Positions 10,523 to 19,991 of a DNA stretch of 59,874 bases are shown piece by piece. How positions within the stretch are numbered: the first letter of the stretch is position 1; each line of letters starts with the position of its first letter. The notes below the pieces were generated by a model. It was not told the origin of the DNA and searched no databases. It saw only the letters and a program-made list of their open reading frames with translations. The translations under genes were made by a program, and so were the position numbers. Source of the DNA: Microbacterium sp. (GTDB lineage: Bacteria > Actinomycetota > Actinomycetes > Actinomycetales > Microbacteriaceae); NCBI RefSeq assembly GCF_031178525.1, contig NZ_JAPSJA010000001.1, positions 1 to 59,874 of the forward strand, in the 5' to 3' direction.

Positions 10523-11524
10523 ATGACTGATGCGAGATCCGCCGCCCCGGACGGACGCAAGCTGCTGCGACTCGAGGTGCGCAACGCGCAGACGCCGATC
10601 GAGCGCAAGCCCGAGTGGATCAAGACGGTCGCCAAGCAGGGCCCCGAGTACCAGGCGCTCAAGTCGCTCGTGAAGGGCGAGGAGCTGCACACCGTGTGCC
10701 AGGAGGCCGGGTGCCCGAACATCTACGAGTGCTGGGAGGACCGCGAGGCGACCTTCCTGATCGGCGGGTCGCAGTGCACCCGCCGCTGCGACTTCTGCCA
10801 GATCGACACGGGAAAGCCTGCCGACTACGACACGGACGAGTCGCGCCGCGTCGCCGAGAGCGTGCGGCGGATGGGCCTGCGCTACGCCACCGTGACCAGC
10901 GTGGCGCGCGACGACCTCCCCGACACGGGGGCGTGGCTGAACGCCGAGACCGTGCGCCGGATCCACGAGCTCAACCCGAACACGGGCGTCGAGCTGCTGG
11001 CGAACGAGCACAACGCGGACCCGGCACTGCTGGGCCAGATCTTCGACGCGCGTCCCGAGGTGTTCGCCCACAACGTCGAGACCGTGCCGCGCATCTTCAA
11101 GCGGATACGCCCCGCCTTCCGGTACGAGCGCTCGCTCGATGTGATCACGCAGGCACGCGCCGCGGGGCTGATCACGAAGTCGAACCTGATCCTCGGGATG
11201 GGCGAGGAGCCGCACGAGGTGCTCGGCGCGCTCCAGGACTTGCACGACGCCGGCTGCGACATCATCACCATCACGCAGTACCTGCGACCGACGCCGCGCC
11301 ACCTGCCGGTCGCGCGCTACGTGAAGCCGCAGGAGTTCGTCGCGTTCAAGGCAGAGGCCGAGCGGATCGGCTTCCTCGGCGTGCTCGCCGGTCCGCTCGT
11401 CCGCTCGTCCTACCGCGCGGGCCGCCTCTGGGCGCAGTCGATGCGGTCGAAGGGCAGGGACATCCCGCCGCACCTCGCCCACATCGCCGAGAGCGCGGAC
11501 GCCGGATTCCTGCAGGCCGTGTGA
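10523..11524 (+). CDS. lipA: Lipoyl synthase LipA (radical SAM)
   Basis: [12 protein letters not shown] and CTRRCDFC cluster motifs; C-terminal RSSY. Confidence 0.98.
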   Translation: MTDARSAAPDGRKLLRLEVRNAQTPIERKPEWIKTVAKQGPEYQALKSLVKGEELHTVCQEAGCPNIYECWEDREATFLIGGSQCTRRCDFCQIDTGKPADYDTDESRRVAESVRRMGLRYATVTSVARDDLPDTGAWLNAETVRRIHELNPNTGVELLANEHNADPALLGQIFDARPEVFAHNVETVPRIFKRIRPAFRYERSLDVITQARAAGLITKSNLILGMGEEPHEVLGALQDLHDAGCDIITITQYLRPTPRHLPVARYVKPQEFVAFKAEAERIGFLGVLAGPLVRSSYRAGRLWAQSMRSKGRDIPPHLAHIAESADAGFLQAV

Positions 11525-11587
11525 CGCTCCGCCTCGCGGCGGCCCTCGGTGCGGCCTCGCGGCGGCGCTCGCAGCGGCCCTCAGCGG

Positions 11588-11666
11588 CCAAACCACATCG
11601 CCTGAACGAAACCACATGGTTCTCGCGCCCCGAAGCATGTGATCTCGGTCAGGCCATGTGGTTTGG
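11588..11666. repeat. 79-bp imperfect palindrome (35-bp arms), REP/MITE-like intergenic element
   Basis: Arm CCAAACCACATCGCCTGAACGAAACCACATGGTTC vs reverse complement of the right arm: 30/35; 9-nt loop. Confidence 0.75.
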
Positions 11667-11673
11667 AACTCCA

Positions 11674-11730
11674 TCGAGCCACGGGGTGTGGATTCGAGCC
11701 ACGGGGTGGATCCAGCCGCGTGGTGGGACT
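11674..11730. repeat. Three degenerate tandem copies of an 18-20-nt unit (TCGAGCCACGGGGTG(TG)GAT)
   Basis: Copies at 11674-11693, 11694-11711 and a degenerate one at 11712-11730. Confidence 0.6.
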
Positions 11731-12290
11731 CAGTCGAGCGGGATGTCGCGGATCGAGTCGAGCGCGGCGACGAGCGTCGCGGCGAGGTCGCTGCGACCGG
11801 GGCCGGACAGCGACCACCGCTCGATGGCCGCCAGCAGCGCGCCACCGTACGCCGCGCCCGCGACGTCCGCCGCCAGCGCGTCGGTTCCGCGTGCGCGCAG
11901 AGCGCGCGCGACCGCGCGGCCGACGCGGGCGCGGCGCAGGGCCGCCTCCCGTTCGAGCTCGGCCGCAAGTCCCATCGCCTCGGCGTTCGCGTACGCGAGG
12001 GCGAGCGCGTCGGGCGCGAAGCCGTCGGCGATCCGGCACACCGCCTCGCGCGGCGAGGCGTGATCGAGGAGGCGCTCCAGGACCTCGAGGCGCTCGTCCA
12101 ACCCGCCCCACAGCAGCGCCCCCTTGGACGCCGCGTAGTTGAAGAAGCTCGAGCGGCTGACACCGGCACGGGCCGCGATCTCCGCGATGGATGTCGCCTC
12201 GTACCCCTTCTCGAGGAACAGCTCGCTGGCCGCCTCCGCGAGCGTCTCGCGCGATGAGGCCTTGGGGCGGCCGGCGCGCGCAGAGGTCAT
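11730..12290 (-). CDS. TetR/AcrR family regulator (MftR-like), convergent with lipA
   Basis: GRPK..., FLEKGYEATSIAEIAARAGVSRSSFFNY HTH; leaderless -10 TACGCT 6 nt before ATG. Confidence 0.9.
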   Translation of the reverse strand: MTSARAGRPKASSRETLAEAASELFLEKGYEATSIAEIAARAGVSRSSFFNYAASKGALLWGGLDERLEVLERLLDHASPREAVCRIADGFAPDALALAYANAEAMGLAAELEREAALRRARVGRAVARALRARGTDALAADVAGAAYGGALLAAIERWSLSGPGRSDLAATLVAALDSIRDIPLD

Positions 12291-12352
12291 GGTCCCAGCG
12301 TAGGGCGCGGCGTTTGCGCCGCGTCACGCTCGCCGCCTATCCTGACCTCATA

Positions 12353-12366
12353 ACCGACCGATCGGT
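12353..12366. promoter_or_regulatory. PaaR-type operator ACCGA-N4-TCGGT
   Basis: Perfect ACCGA-CCGA-TCGGT upstream of the first paa transcription unit; matches the motif described for the actinobacterial TetR-type PaaR. Confidence 0.8.
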
Positions 12367-12409
12367 CAGGAAATGGGCACGCGAGCGGGACGACGAGGAG
12401 GTCACCCGG

Positions 12410-13150
12410 GTGAGCCAGACCCTGCGCGTGGAGGCGCACGACACGCACGTGCGTGCAACGCTGGACCGTCCTGCCAAGCGCAACGCGATCGATCAGGAGC
12501 TCATCGACGCGCTGCACGCGCTGTGCGCCGAGCTCGAGCGCGACCCGCGCACGCTGATCCTGACGGGCGCGGACGGCACGTTCGCCGCGGGGGCCGACAT
12601 CGCGCAGTTGCGTGAACGCCGCGCCGCCGACGCGCGTGCAGGCATCAACACGCACTGCTTCGCGCGCGTGCGCGCGCTGCCCATGCCGGTCATCGCCGTG
12701 GTCGACGGCTACGCGCTCGGGGGCGGCGCCGAGCTCGCCTATGCGGCGGACATCCGGATCGGCACGCCGCGCCTGAGGATCGGCAACCCGGAGACGGGGC
12801 TCGGGATCATCGCCGCGGCCGGCGCGACCTGGCGCCTGCGCGACATCGTCGGAGAGCCGCTCGCCGCGGAGATCCTGCTCACAGGGCGTCTGCTGGACGC
12901 GGACGAGGCGCTCGCGGCCGGGCTCGTGACGCGCGTGCTCGAACCCGAGCCGGCGCTCGAGGAGGCGGAGCGGATCGCCGCCCGCATCGCCGCGCTGGAT
13001 CCGGCAGCGACGCAGGCCACCAAGCGCGCGCTGCTCGCATCCCGTGACGCGCACCCCGCGATCGACCTGGAGGAGCAGGCCGTGCTCTTCGAGAGCCCCG
13101 AGAAGGAGCGCCGGATGACGGCCTTCCTCGAGCGGAAGACGGCGAGGTGA
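12410..13150 (+). CDS. Enoyl-CoA hydratase/isomerase (PaaF/G-like)
   Basis: LDRPAKRNAI, FAAGADI, GYALGGGAELAYAADIRI, PETGLG; GTG start after GAGGAGG. Confidence 0.9.
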   Translation: MSQTLRVEAHDTHVRATLDRPAKRNAIDQELIDALHALCAELERDPRTLILTGADGTFAAGADIAQLRERRAADARAGINTHCFARVRALPMPVIAVVDGYALGGGAELAYAADIRIGTPRLRIGNPETGLGIIAAAGATWRLRDIVGEPLAAEILLTGRLLDADEALAAGLVTRVLEPEPALEEAERIAARIAALDPAATQATKRALLASRDAHPAIDLEEQAVLFESPEKERRMTAFLERKTAR

Positions 13151-14007
13151 CCGACATCACGCCCGCCCGCGTCGGCGTGCTCGGCGGCGGACGCATGGGG
13201 GCCGGCATCGCGCACGCGTTCCTCCTCGCCGGCTCCGAGGTCACCGTCGTCGAACGCGACCTGCACGCCGCCGACGCCGCCCGGGAGCGCATCGGCCGCA
13301 CCATCGACACGTCGATCGCGCGAGGCTTCGCGGGCAGCGCCGCCGCACTGCGCGGTCGACTCACCGTCGCCACCGACCCCGCGGCCTTCGGGCTGCACAG
13401 CCTGGTCATCGAAGCGGTGCCCGAGGACCTCGATCTCAAGCGCGACGCGCTCGCCCGCGTGGAGGCGCCGCTCGCGGCCGACGCGGTCCTCGCGTCCAAC
13501 ACCTCATCCATCCCCCTGGCGCGGCTGGCCGAGGTGCTCGAGCGCCCCGAGCGCCTGGTCGGAATGCACTTCTTCAATCCCGTTCCGACGTCCGCGCTCG
13601 TCGAGGTCGTCGTCGGGGCCCATACCGCCGCGGACCTTCCCGCGACCGCGGCCGGCTGGGTGCGTGCGCTCGGCAAGACGCCGATCACGGTCAAGGACTC
13701 CCCCGGCTTCGCCTCGAGCCGGCTGGGAGTCGCGATCGCGATGGAGGCGATCCGGATGGTCGAGGAGGGCGTCGCGTCGCCCGCCGACATCGACCTCGCG
13801 ATGGAACTCGGCTACCGCCACGCGAGCGGCCCGCTCAAGACGACCGACCTGGTCGGCCTCGACGTGCGGCTGGGCATCGCCGAGCAGCTCGAACGGGAAC
13901 TCGGCCCACGGTTCTCCCCGCCGCGGCTGCTGCGCGACATGGTCGCCGAGGGGCGTCTTGGACGCAAGACCGGGCGGGGCTTCTACGAATGGGAGGACGG
14001 ACGATGA
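13147..14007 (+). CDS. paaH: 3-hydroxyacyl-CoA dehydrogenase (PaaH-like)
   Basis: GVLGGGRMGAGIA, IEAVPE, SNTSS, GMHFFNP, DLVGLD; paa context. Confidence 0.85.
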   Translation: MTDITPARVGVLGGGRMGAGIAHAFLLAGSEVTVVERDLHAADAARERIGRTIDTSIARGFAGSAAALRGRLTVATDPAAFGLHSLVIEAVPEDLDLKRDALARVEAPLAADAVLASNTSSIPLARLAEVLERPERLVGMHFFNPVPTSALVEVVVGAHTAADLPATAAGWVRALGKTPITVKDSPGFASSRLGVAIAMEAIRMVEEGVASPADIDLAMELGYRHASGPLKTTDLVGLDVRLGIAEQLERELGPRFSPPRLLRDMVAEGRLGRKTGRGFYEWEDGR

Positions 14008-16061
14008 ACCGCATGCTGCAGAGCTACGTGCAGGACGCCTGGTGGCGGCCCGCCGACGGCACGACCGGTGCGGAGGTGCGCGACGCGTCGACCGGCGAGG
14101 TGGTCGCGACGGTGTCGAGCGACGGCCTCGATCTCGGCGCCGTGCTCCATTACGGGCGCACGGTGGGCCAGGGCAGCCTCGGCGCGCTCACCTTCCACCA
14201 GCGCGCGCTGATCCTGAAGCGACTCGCGCTCGTGCTGCAGGAGCGCAAGGAGGAGCTGTACGAGCTGTCGTACCGCACCGGGGCGACGAAGAACGACTCA
14301 TGGGTCGACATCGAGGGCGGCATCGGCGTGCTGTTCACCTACTCCAGCAAGGGTCGCCGCGAGCTGCCGAACACGCCGTCCCCCCACACGAGGGTGCAGC
14401 TGGACGGGCCGCTCGAGGTGCTGGCGAAGGACGGCTCGTTCCTCGGCCGCCACATCCGCACGACGCTGCCCGGTGTCGCAGTGCAGATCAACGCGTTCAA
14501 CTTCCCGGTGTGGGGACCGCTCGAGAAGCTCGCTCCGGCGTTCCTCGCCGGCATGCCGAGCGTCATCAAGCCCGCCACGCCCACGGCGTACGTGACCGAG
14601 CACCTCGTGCGGATCATGGTCGACTCCGGCCTGCTGCCTGCCGGATCCGTCCAGCTCGTGACGGGATCCGTGCGCGAGCTGTTCGCGCACACGCGGCTGG
14701 GCGATGTGGTGTCGTTCACCGGATCCGCGTCGACCGCCGACAGCCTGCGCCGCCATGACGCGGTCCAGCGCGGCGGCGTGATCTTCCACGCCGAGACCGA
14801 CTCGATCAACGCCTCGGTGCTCGGCCCCGACGCCGCGCCCGGCACCCCGGAGTTCGACGCCTACGTGCGCCAGCTCGTGACCGAGATGACCGCCAAGGCC
14901 GGTCAGAAGTGCACGGCCATCCGGCGCGCGATCGTGCCCGGCATGGTCGCCGACGATGTCGTCGAGGCCGTGCGGAGCAGGATCGCCGACAAGGTCGTCG
15001 TGGGCGACCCGCGGTCCGACGGCGTCACGATGGGGGCTCTGGCATCGCTCGAGCAGCGCGAGGAGGTGCTGCGCCAGGTGCGCACACTGCTCGACGGCGG
15101 CGGCGAACTCGTCATCGGCTCGACGGAGGCCCCCGAGGAGCACGGCGCGTTCCTGTCGCCCATCCTGCTGCGATTTTCCGACCCGACCGCGGAGCGCGCA
15201 CACGACACGGAGGCCTTCGGGCCCGTCGCGTCGCTGCTCGCGTACGAGACGCCCGAACAGGCCGCCGATCTCGTCGTGCGCGGCGGCGGCTCGCTCGTCA
15301 CGAGCGTGGCGTCCGGCGATCCGGCGTTCGTCGCCGACCTGACGCGCCGCACGGCCGCGGCGAACGGGCGCATGCTGCTGCTCGACCGCGACGACGCGCG
15401 GTCCTCGACCGGGCACGGATCTCCCCTGCCGATGCTCGTTCACGGCGGTCCGGGTCGCGCAGGCGGCGGCGAGGAGCTCGGCGGCATCCGCAGCGTGTTC
15501 CACTACATGCAGCGTACGGCGATCCAGGGCTCCCCCGAGATGCTCACCGCGGTGACGGGCGTGTGGCACACGGGCGCGCGCGCGACGTCGGACGGTGTGC
15601 ACCCGTTCCGCAAGTCGCTCGAGGAGCTGCGGATCGGCGACCAGGTCGTGTCGCAGGAGCGCGAGGTGACGCTCGACGACATCGAGCACTTCGCCGCGTT
15701 CACGGGCGACACGTTCTACGCCCACATGGACGAGGACGCCGCCGCCGCGAACCCGTTCTTCCCGGGGCGCGTGGCGCACGGCTACCTGCTGGTGTCGTTC
15801 GCGGCCGGCCTGTTCGTCGACCCCGAGCCGGGCCCCGTCCTGGCCAACTACGGCCTCGAGAACCTGCGCTTCCTGACGCCCGTCTCGCCCGGAGACCGCA
15901 TCCGCGTCGCGCTCACGGCGAAGCAGATCATCCCGCGCGAGACCGACGAGTACGGCGAGGTGCACTGGGACGCCGTGCTGACGAACCAGAGGGACGAGCC
16001 CGTCGCGACCTACGACGTCCTCACCCTGGTGTCGAAGTCGCCGATCCCCGTGGCCGTCTGA
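14004..16061 (+). CDS. paaZ: Bifunctional oxepin-CoA hydrolase/aldehyde dehydrogenase PaaZ
   Basis: ALDH domain (INAFNFP, FTGS, KAGQKCTAIRR, EAFGP) plus C-terminal MaoC domain (FAAFTGDTFYAHMD). Confidence 0.95.
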   Translation: MNRMLQSYVQDAWWRPADGTTGAEVRDASTGEVVATVSSDGLDLGAVLHYGRTVGQGSLGALTFHQRALILKRLALVLQERKEELYELSYRTGATKNDSWVDIEGGIGVLFTYSSKGRRELPNTPSPHTRVQLDGPLEVLAKDGSFLGRHIRTTLPGVAVQINAFNFPVWGPLEKLAPAFLAGMPSVIKPATPTAYVTEHLVRIMVDSGLLPAGSVQLVTGSVRELFAHTRLGDVVSFTGSASTADSLRRHDAVQRGGVIFHAETDSINASVLGPDAAPGTPEFDAYVRQLVTEMTAKAGQKCTAIRRAIVPGMVADDVVEAVRSRIADKVVVGDPRSDGVTMGALASLEQREEVLRQVRTLLDGGGELVIGSTEAPEEHGAFLSPILLRFSDPTAERAHDTEAFGPVASLLAYETPEQAADLVVRGGGSLVTSVASGDPAFVADLTRRTAAANGRMLLLDRDDARSSTGHGSPLPMLVHGGPGRAGGGEELGGIRSVFHYMQRTAIQGSPEMLTAVTGVWHTGARATSDGVHPFRKSLEELRIGDQVVSQEREVTLDDIEHFAAFTGDTFYAHMDEDAAAANPFFPGRVAHGYLLVSFAAGLFVDPEPGPVLANYGLENLRFLTPVSPGDRIRVALTAKQIIPRETDEYGEVHWDAVLTNQRDEPVATYDVLTLVSKSPIPVAV

Positions 16062-16063
16062 GC

Positions 16064-16119
16064 GACATGCCCCGTTGTGCCGGAATTCGCGGCCGAATAC
16101 CGGCACATCGGGACAAGTC
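16064..16119. repeat. 56-bp imperfect palindrome between convergent paaZ and paaR (REP-like element or terminator)
   Basis: 20-bp arms GACATGCCCCGTTGTGCCGG / CCGGCACATCGGGACAAGTC (17/20) plus inner ATTCG/CGAAT stem. Confidence 0.65.
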
Positions 16120-16140
16120 CGGCGCGAGCGCGCCCGCGGA

Positions 16141-16767
16141 TCAGCGGAAGTCGCGGCTCTCGCTGACGCGCAGCCCGCTGCGCACGAACGCGACGACCGC
16201 GTCGGCGAGCTGATCGGGGTTCAGCGGACCGTCCGGGCGGTACCACTCCACGATCGAGTTGACCATGCCGAAGGTCAGGCGCTCGGCGACGCCCGGATCC
16301 ATGTCGTCGCGCAGCTGCCCCTCGTCGCGCGCCAGCTCGAACAGCCGACGCAGGCGCAGATCGAGCGCGCGACGCCGCTGCATCGCCTCGCGCTCGACGT
16401 CCGTGTTGCCGCGGAGGCGCAGCAGCAGCGTCAGGTACGGCAGCCGCTCGCATGCCACCGTGACGGCTCCGCGCAGGACGTGCCGGATGCGCAGATCCAC
16501 CGGACCCTCGCTCGCCTCGGGCGAGTCGAACACCTCCTGCAGCGAGCCCAGCGCCTTCTCGAGGGCGAGCTCGAGCATCTCCTCCTTGGAGGAGAAGTGG
16601 TGGTACACGGCCGACTTCGACAGCCCGAGCCGCTGCGCGATGATGCCGAGCGACGTCGCGTCGTAGCCGTGGTCGTTGAACGCCGCCACGATCACCGCGA
16701 GCATGCCGTCGCGGTCGTACCCGGGGCGCCCGCGGCGGGCCGGCGCGGCGTCCGTCGTCGAGGTCAT
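16141..16767 (-). CDS. paaR: TetR family phenylacetate regulator PaaR
   Basis: RRGRPGYD, FNDHGYDATS..LGLSKSAVYHH, LLLRLRGN, FGMVNSIVEWY; located within the paa cluster. Confidence 0.85.
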   Translation of the reverse strand: MTSTTDAAPARRGRPGYDRDGMLAVIVAAFNDHGYDATSLGIIAQRLGLSKSAVYHHFSSKEEMLELALEKALGSLQEVFDSPEASEGPVDLRIRHVLRGAVTVACERLPYLTLLLRLRGNTDVEREAMQRRRALDLRLRRLFELARDEGQLRDDMDPGVAERLTFGMVNSIVEWYRPDGPLNPDQLADAVVAFVRSGLRVSESRDFR

Positions 16768-16792
16768 CGCTCCATCCTGCCGCAGGGTCGCC

Positions 16793-18112
16793 TCACTCCT
16801 GCGAGCGCAGGTCGTACACGCGCTTGTACTTGCCCTCGGAGCGCGGCAGCGAGCCGGTGGGCACGATCTCCACGTCCACCGTGGTGCCGATCCGCTCCTT
16901 GATGCGCAGCTGCAGGATCAGCGCCGCCGACTCGCTCGTGTGCCGCTCGATGCCCGGCGTGCACTCGATCTTCACCGTCAGTTCGTCCATCCGGCCGCGC
17001 TTGGTCAGCTCGAGCACGAAGTGCGGCGTGAGGTGCTCGATCTCGAGCGCGATCTCCTCGATCTGCGTCGGGAACAGGTTGACCCCGCGCAGGATGATCA
17101 TGTCGTCGTTGCGCCCCGTGATCTTCTCGATGCGGCGCATAGCGGGAAACGCCGTACCGGGCAGGAGCCGCGTGAGGTCCCGCGTGCGGTACCGGATGAC
17201 CGGGAAGGCCTCCTTGGTCAGGGTCGTGAAGACCAGTTCGCCCCGCTCACCGTCGGCGACGCGCCGGAGGTCGTCGTCGATGACCTCCGGGAGGAAGTGG
17301 TCCTCCCAGATGTGCGGCCCGTCCTGCGTCGCCACGGCCTCCTGCCCGACGCCCGGCCCCATGACCTCGGACAGGCCGTAGATGTCGACCGCCTTCAGAC
17401 CCATCCGGCGCTCCAGCTCGCGGCGCATCTCGTTCGTCCACGGCTCGGCCCCGCAGATCGCCACCTTGAGCGAGGTCGCTCGCGGATCGAGCCCCTGCTC
17501 CTCGAACGCATCGGCGATCGTCAGCAGGTAGCTGGGCGTGCACATGATGACGTCGGGCTCGAAGTCGCGGATCAGCTGCACCTGCCGCGCTGTCTGCCCT
17601 CCCGACACGGGGATCACGACGCACCCCAGCTTCTCGATACCTGCGTGCGCGCCGAGACCGCCCGTGAACAGGCCGTACCCGTACGCGTTGTGCACCTTCC
17701 AGCCCGGCCGGACGCCTGCCGCTCGCAGCGACCGCGCGATCAGCTGCGCCCACCGGTCGAGGTCGTCCTCGGTGTAGCCGACGACGGTCGGACGCCCCGT
17801 CGTGCCGGATGAGGCGTGCACCCGACGCACCTGATCCATCGGCACCGCGAACATCCCGAACGGATACGCGCCGCGCAGGTCCTCCTTGGTCGTGAACGGC
17901 AGGCGCTCGACGTCGGCAAGCGAGCGGATGTCATCCGGTCCGATCCCCTCGGCGTCGAACTTTTCGCGATACAGCGGCACGTTCTCGTACGCGTGGCGCA
18001 CCGTCCACCGCAGCCGCTCGAGTTGCAGCGCCTGCAGCGTCGCGCGATCCATCGTCTCCGGATCGGCGGCTGCCGCGGGCGGCGCCGAGCGGACGGGCAG
18101 GATGTCGGTCAT
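16793..18112 (-). CDS. paaK: Phenylacetate--CoA ligase
   Basis: HASSGTTGRPT, YGYGLFTGGLG, DIYGLSE, IRYRTRD, GRNDDMII. Confidence 0.96.
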   Translation of the reverse strand: MTDILPVRSAPPAAAADPETMDRATLQALQLERLRWTVRHAYENVPLYREKFDAEGIGPDDIRSLADVERLPFTTKEDLRGAYPFGMFAVPMDQVRRVHASSGTTGRPTVVGYTEDDLDRWAQLIARSLRAAGVRPGWKVHNAYGYGLFTGGLGAHAGIEKLGCVVIPVSGGQTARQVQLIRDFEPDVIMCTPSYLLTIADAFEEQGLDPRATSLKVAICGAEPWTNEMRRELERRMGLKAVDIYGLSEVMGPGVGQEAVATQDGPHIWEDHFLPEVIDDDLRRVADGERGELVFTTLTKEAFPVIRYRTRDLTRLLPGTAFPAMRRIEKITGRNDDMIILRGVNLFPTQIEEIALEIEHLTPHFVLELTKRGRMDELTVKIECTPGIERHTSESAALILQLRIKERIGTTVDVEIVPTGSLPRSEGKYKRVYDLRSQE

Positions 18113-18585
18113 GGTTGCTCCTTCGTCGTCGGAGGAATCGGCGGGGCGGGGATCGCGCGGGACCGGCCGCGGAACTCCGCCACGACACGACCGGCCTCGT
18201 CCGTCACGGTGGTGTCGTAGATGCCGTTGCGCCCGCCGATCCAGCGACGCTCGGCGGTCGCGGTGAGGACGTCGCCCTCATGCGTGGCGCGCAGGAAGGT
18301 GATGTCGGCGGCTTGGGCGACGACCATGTCCTCGCCTTCGTTGCAGGCGTACGCGAACGCGGTGTCGGCCAGGGTGAAGACCATGCCGCCGTGCGTGATG
18401 CCGAAGCCGTTCGCCATCCAGTCGCGCACGGTCATCGTGAGCACCGCGCGCCCGGGCTCGAGCTCGACGATCCCGATGCCGAAGTGCTGCTTCGTGTGAT
18501 CCGTCGGCGCCATGGTCGTGGCGCGCCAGGCGGGATCCGGCGCGATCGCGCTCTCGAAGGTCTGCACCTGCTGCTCCGGACTCAT
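18109..18585 (-). CDS. paaI: Hydroxyphenylacetyl-CoA thioesterase PaaI (hotdog fold)
   Basis: [32 protein letters not shown]. Confidence 0.9.
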   Translation of the reverse strand: MSPEQQVQTFESAIAPDPAWRATTMAPTDHTKQHFGIGIVELEPGRAVLTMTVRDWMANGFGITHGGMVFTLADTAFAYACNEGEDMVVAQAADITFLRATHEGDVLTATAERRWIGGRNGIYDTTVTDEAGRVVAEFRGRSRAIPAPPIPPTTKEQP

Positions 18586-18640
18586 CCACGCTCCCTCGCG
18601 CCCCGGGATCCGCTGTCATTGCGGGCCGATCTGAGGCGAG

Positions 18641-18661
18641 TATACTCACTGAATGTTCGGT
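18641..18661 (+). promoter_or_regulatory. paaA -10 box TATACT followed by PaaR-type operator ACTGA-ATGT-TCGGT
   Basis: One mismatch to ACCGA-N4-TCGGT, at 18648-18661 in the divergent paaI/paaA intergenic region. Confidence 0.75.
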
Positions 18662-18689
18662 CAGTAATTCCGAATCGAGGAGGCCCGCG

Positions 18690-19661
18690 ATGTCGACGAC
18701 GACAGACGCCCCGACCGCCGACGAGCTCGCGGCGCAGCAGGAGTTCGAAGCGCTGATCGAGGCGGATCAGCGCATCGAGCCACGCGACTGGATGCCCGCC
18801 GCGTATCGCCGCACGCTGATCCGGCAGATCTCGCAGCACGCGCACTCGGAGATCATCGGCATGCAGCCGGAGGCGAACTGGATCACACGCGCTCCGAGCC
18901 TGAGGCGCAAGGCGATCCTGATGGCGAAGGTGCAGGATGAGGCCGGCCACGGACTGTACCTCTACTCGGCCGCCCAGACGCTCGGCATCACACGCGACGA
19001 GATGACGCAGGCCCTGATCGACGGCAAGGCGCGCTACTCGTCGATCTTCAACTACCCGACGCCGACCTGGGCCGACATGGGGGCGATCGGCTGGCTGGTC
19101 GACGGCGCAGCGATCTGCAACCAGGTGCCGCTGTGCCGCGCGTCGTACGGGCCGTACGGCCGAGCCATGGTGCGCATCTGCAAGGAGGAGTCGTTCCACC
19201 AGCGGCAGGGATTCGAGATCCTGCTCGCGCTGTCGCAGGGGACACCGGAGCAGAAGCGCATGGCGCAGGATGCGGTCGACCGCTGGTACTGGCCGTCGAT
19301 CATGATGTTCGGCCCGCCCGACGACGACTCCCCCAACTCGGCCCAGTCGATGGCGTGGAAGATCAAGCGGTTCTCGAACGACGAGCTGCGCTCGCGATTC
19401 GTCGGCATGCTGGTGCCCCAATTCGAGGCGCTCGGACTCGAGTGCCCCGACAAGGACCTGCGCTTCGACGAGGCACAGGGCCGGTGGGTGACGGGCCCCA
19501 TCGACTGGGACGAGTTCCAAACGGTGCTCGACGGGCGCGGACCGATGAACACCGCGCGCCTGCGGCACCGTCGCGAGGCGCACGAGAACGGGGCGTGGGT
19601 GCGCGAGGCAGCCGCCGCCTACGCGCGCAAGCAGCAGGAGAAGTCGCGCTTCGCGGCGTGA
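18690..19661 (+). CDS. paaA: Phenylacetyl-CoA epoxidase subunit A
   Basis: [34 protein letters not shown] diiron motifs. Confidence 0.97.
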   Translation: MSTTTDAPTADELAAQQEFEALIEADQRIEPRDWMPAAYRRTLIRQISQHAHSEIIGMQPEANWITRAPSLRRKAILMAKVQDEAGHGLYLYSAAQTLGITRDEMTQALIDGKARYSSIFNYPTPTWADMGAIGWLVDGAAICNQVPLCRASYGPYGRAMVRICKEESFHQRQGFEILLALSQGTPEQKRMAQDAVDRWYWPSIMMFGPPDDDSPNSAQSMAWKIKRFSNDELRSRFVGMLVPQFEALGLECPDKDLRFDEAQGRWVTGPIDWDEFQTVLDGRGPMNTARLRHRREAHENGAWVREAAAAYARKQQEKSRFAA

Positions 19662-19685
19662 CCGCTCGAGCACGAGGAGACGAGG

Positions 19686-19991
19686 ATGTCGACCCCCGGA
19701 GAGTCGCCCGCCGAGACCTGGCCCCTGTGGGAGGTGTTCGTGCGCGCCAACCGCGGCCTGAGCCACGTGCACGTCGGCTCGCTGCACGCGCCCGACGAGG
19801 AGATGGCGCTGCGCAACGCGCGGGACCTGTACACCCGTCGGGGCGAGGGCGTGTCCATCTGGGTCGTGCCCGCCGCCGCCATCACGACGAGCGACCCCGA
19901 CGCGAAGGGCGCGTTCTTCGAGTCCCCCGCCGGCAAGAACTACCGCCATGCCGTGTACTACACGCGCGCCGAGGGGGTGAAGCACCTGTGA
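19686..19991 (+). CDS. paaB: Phenylacetyl-CoA epoxidase subunit B
   Basis: WPLWEVFVR..GLSHVHVGSLHAPD..ARDLYTRR. Confidence 0.96.
   Translation: MSTPGESPAETWPLWEVFVRANRGLSHVHVGSLHAPDEEMALRNARDLYTRRGEGVSIWVVPAAAITTSDPDAKGAFFESPAGKNYRHAVYYTRAEGVKHL

Noticed and set aside
11674-11730. Possible mini-CRISPR array
   Set aside because: Units are contiguous with no unique spacers, too short, and no cas genes are present.
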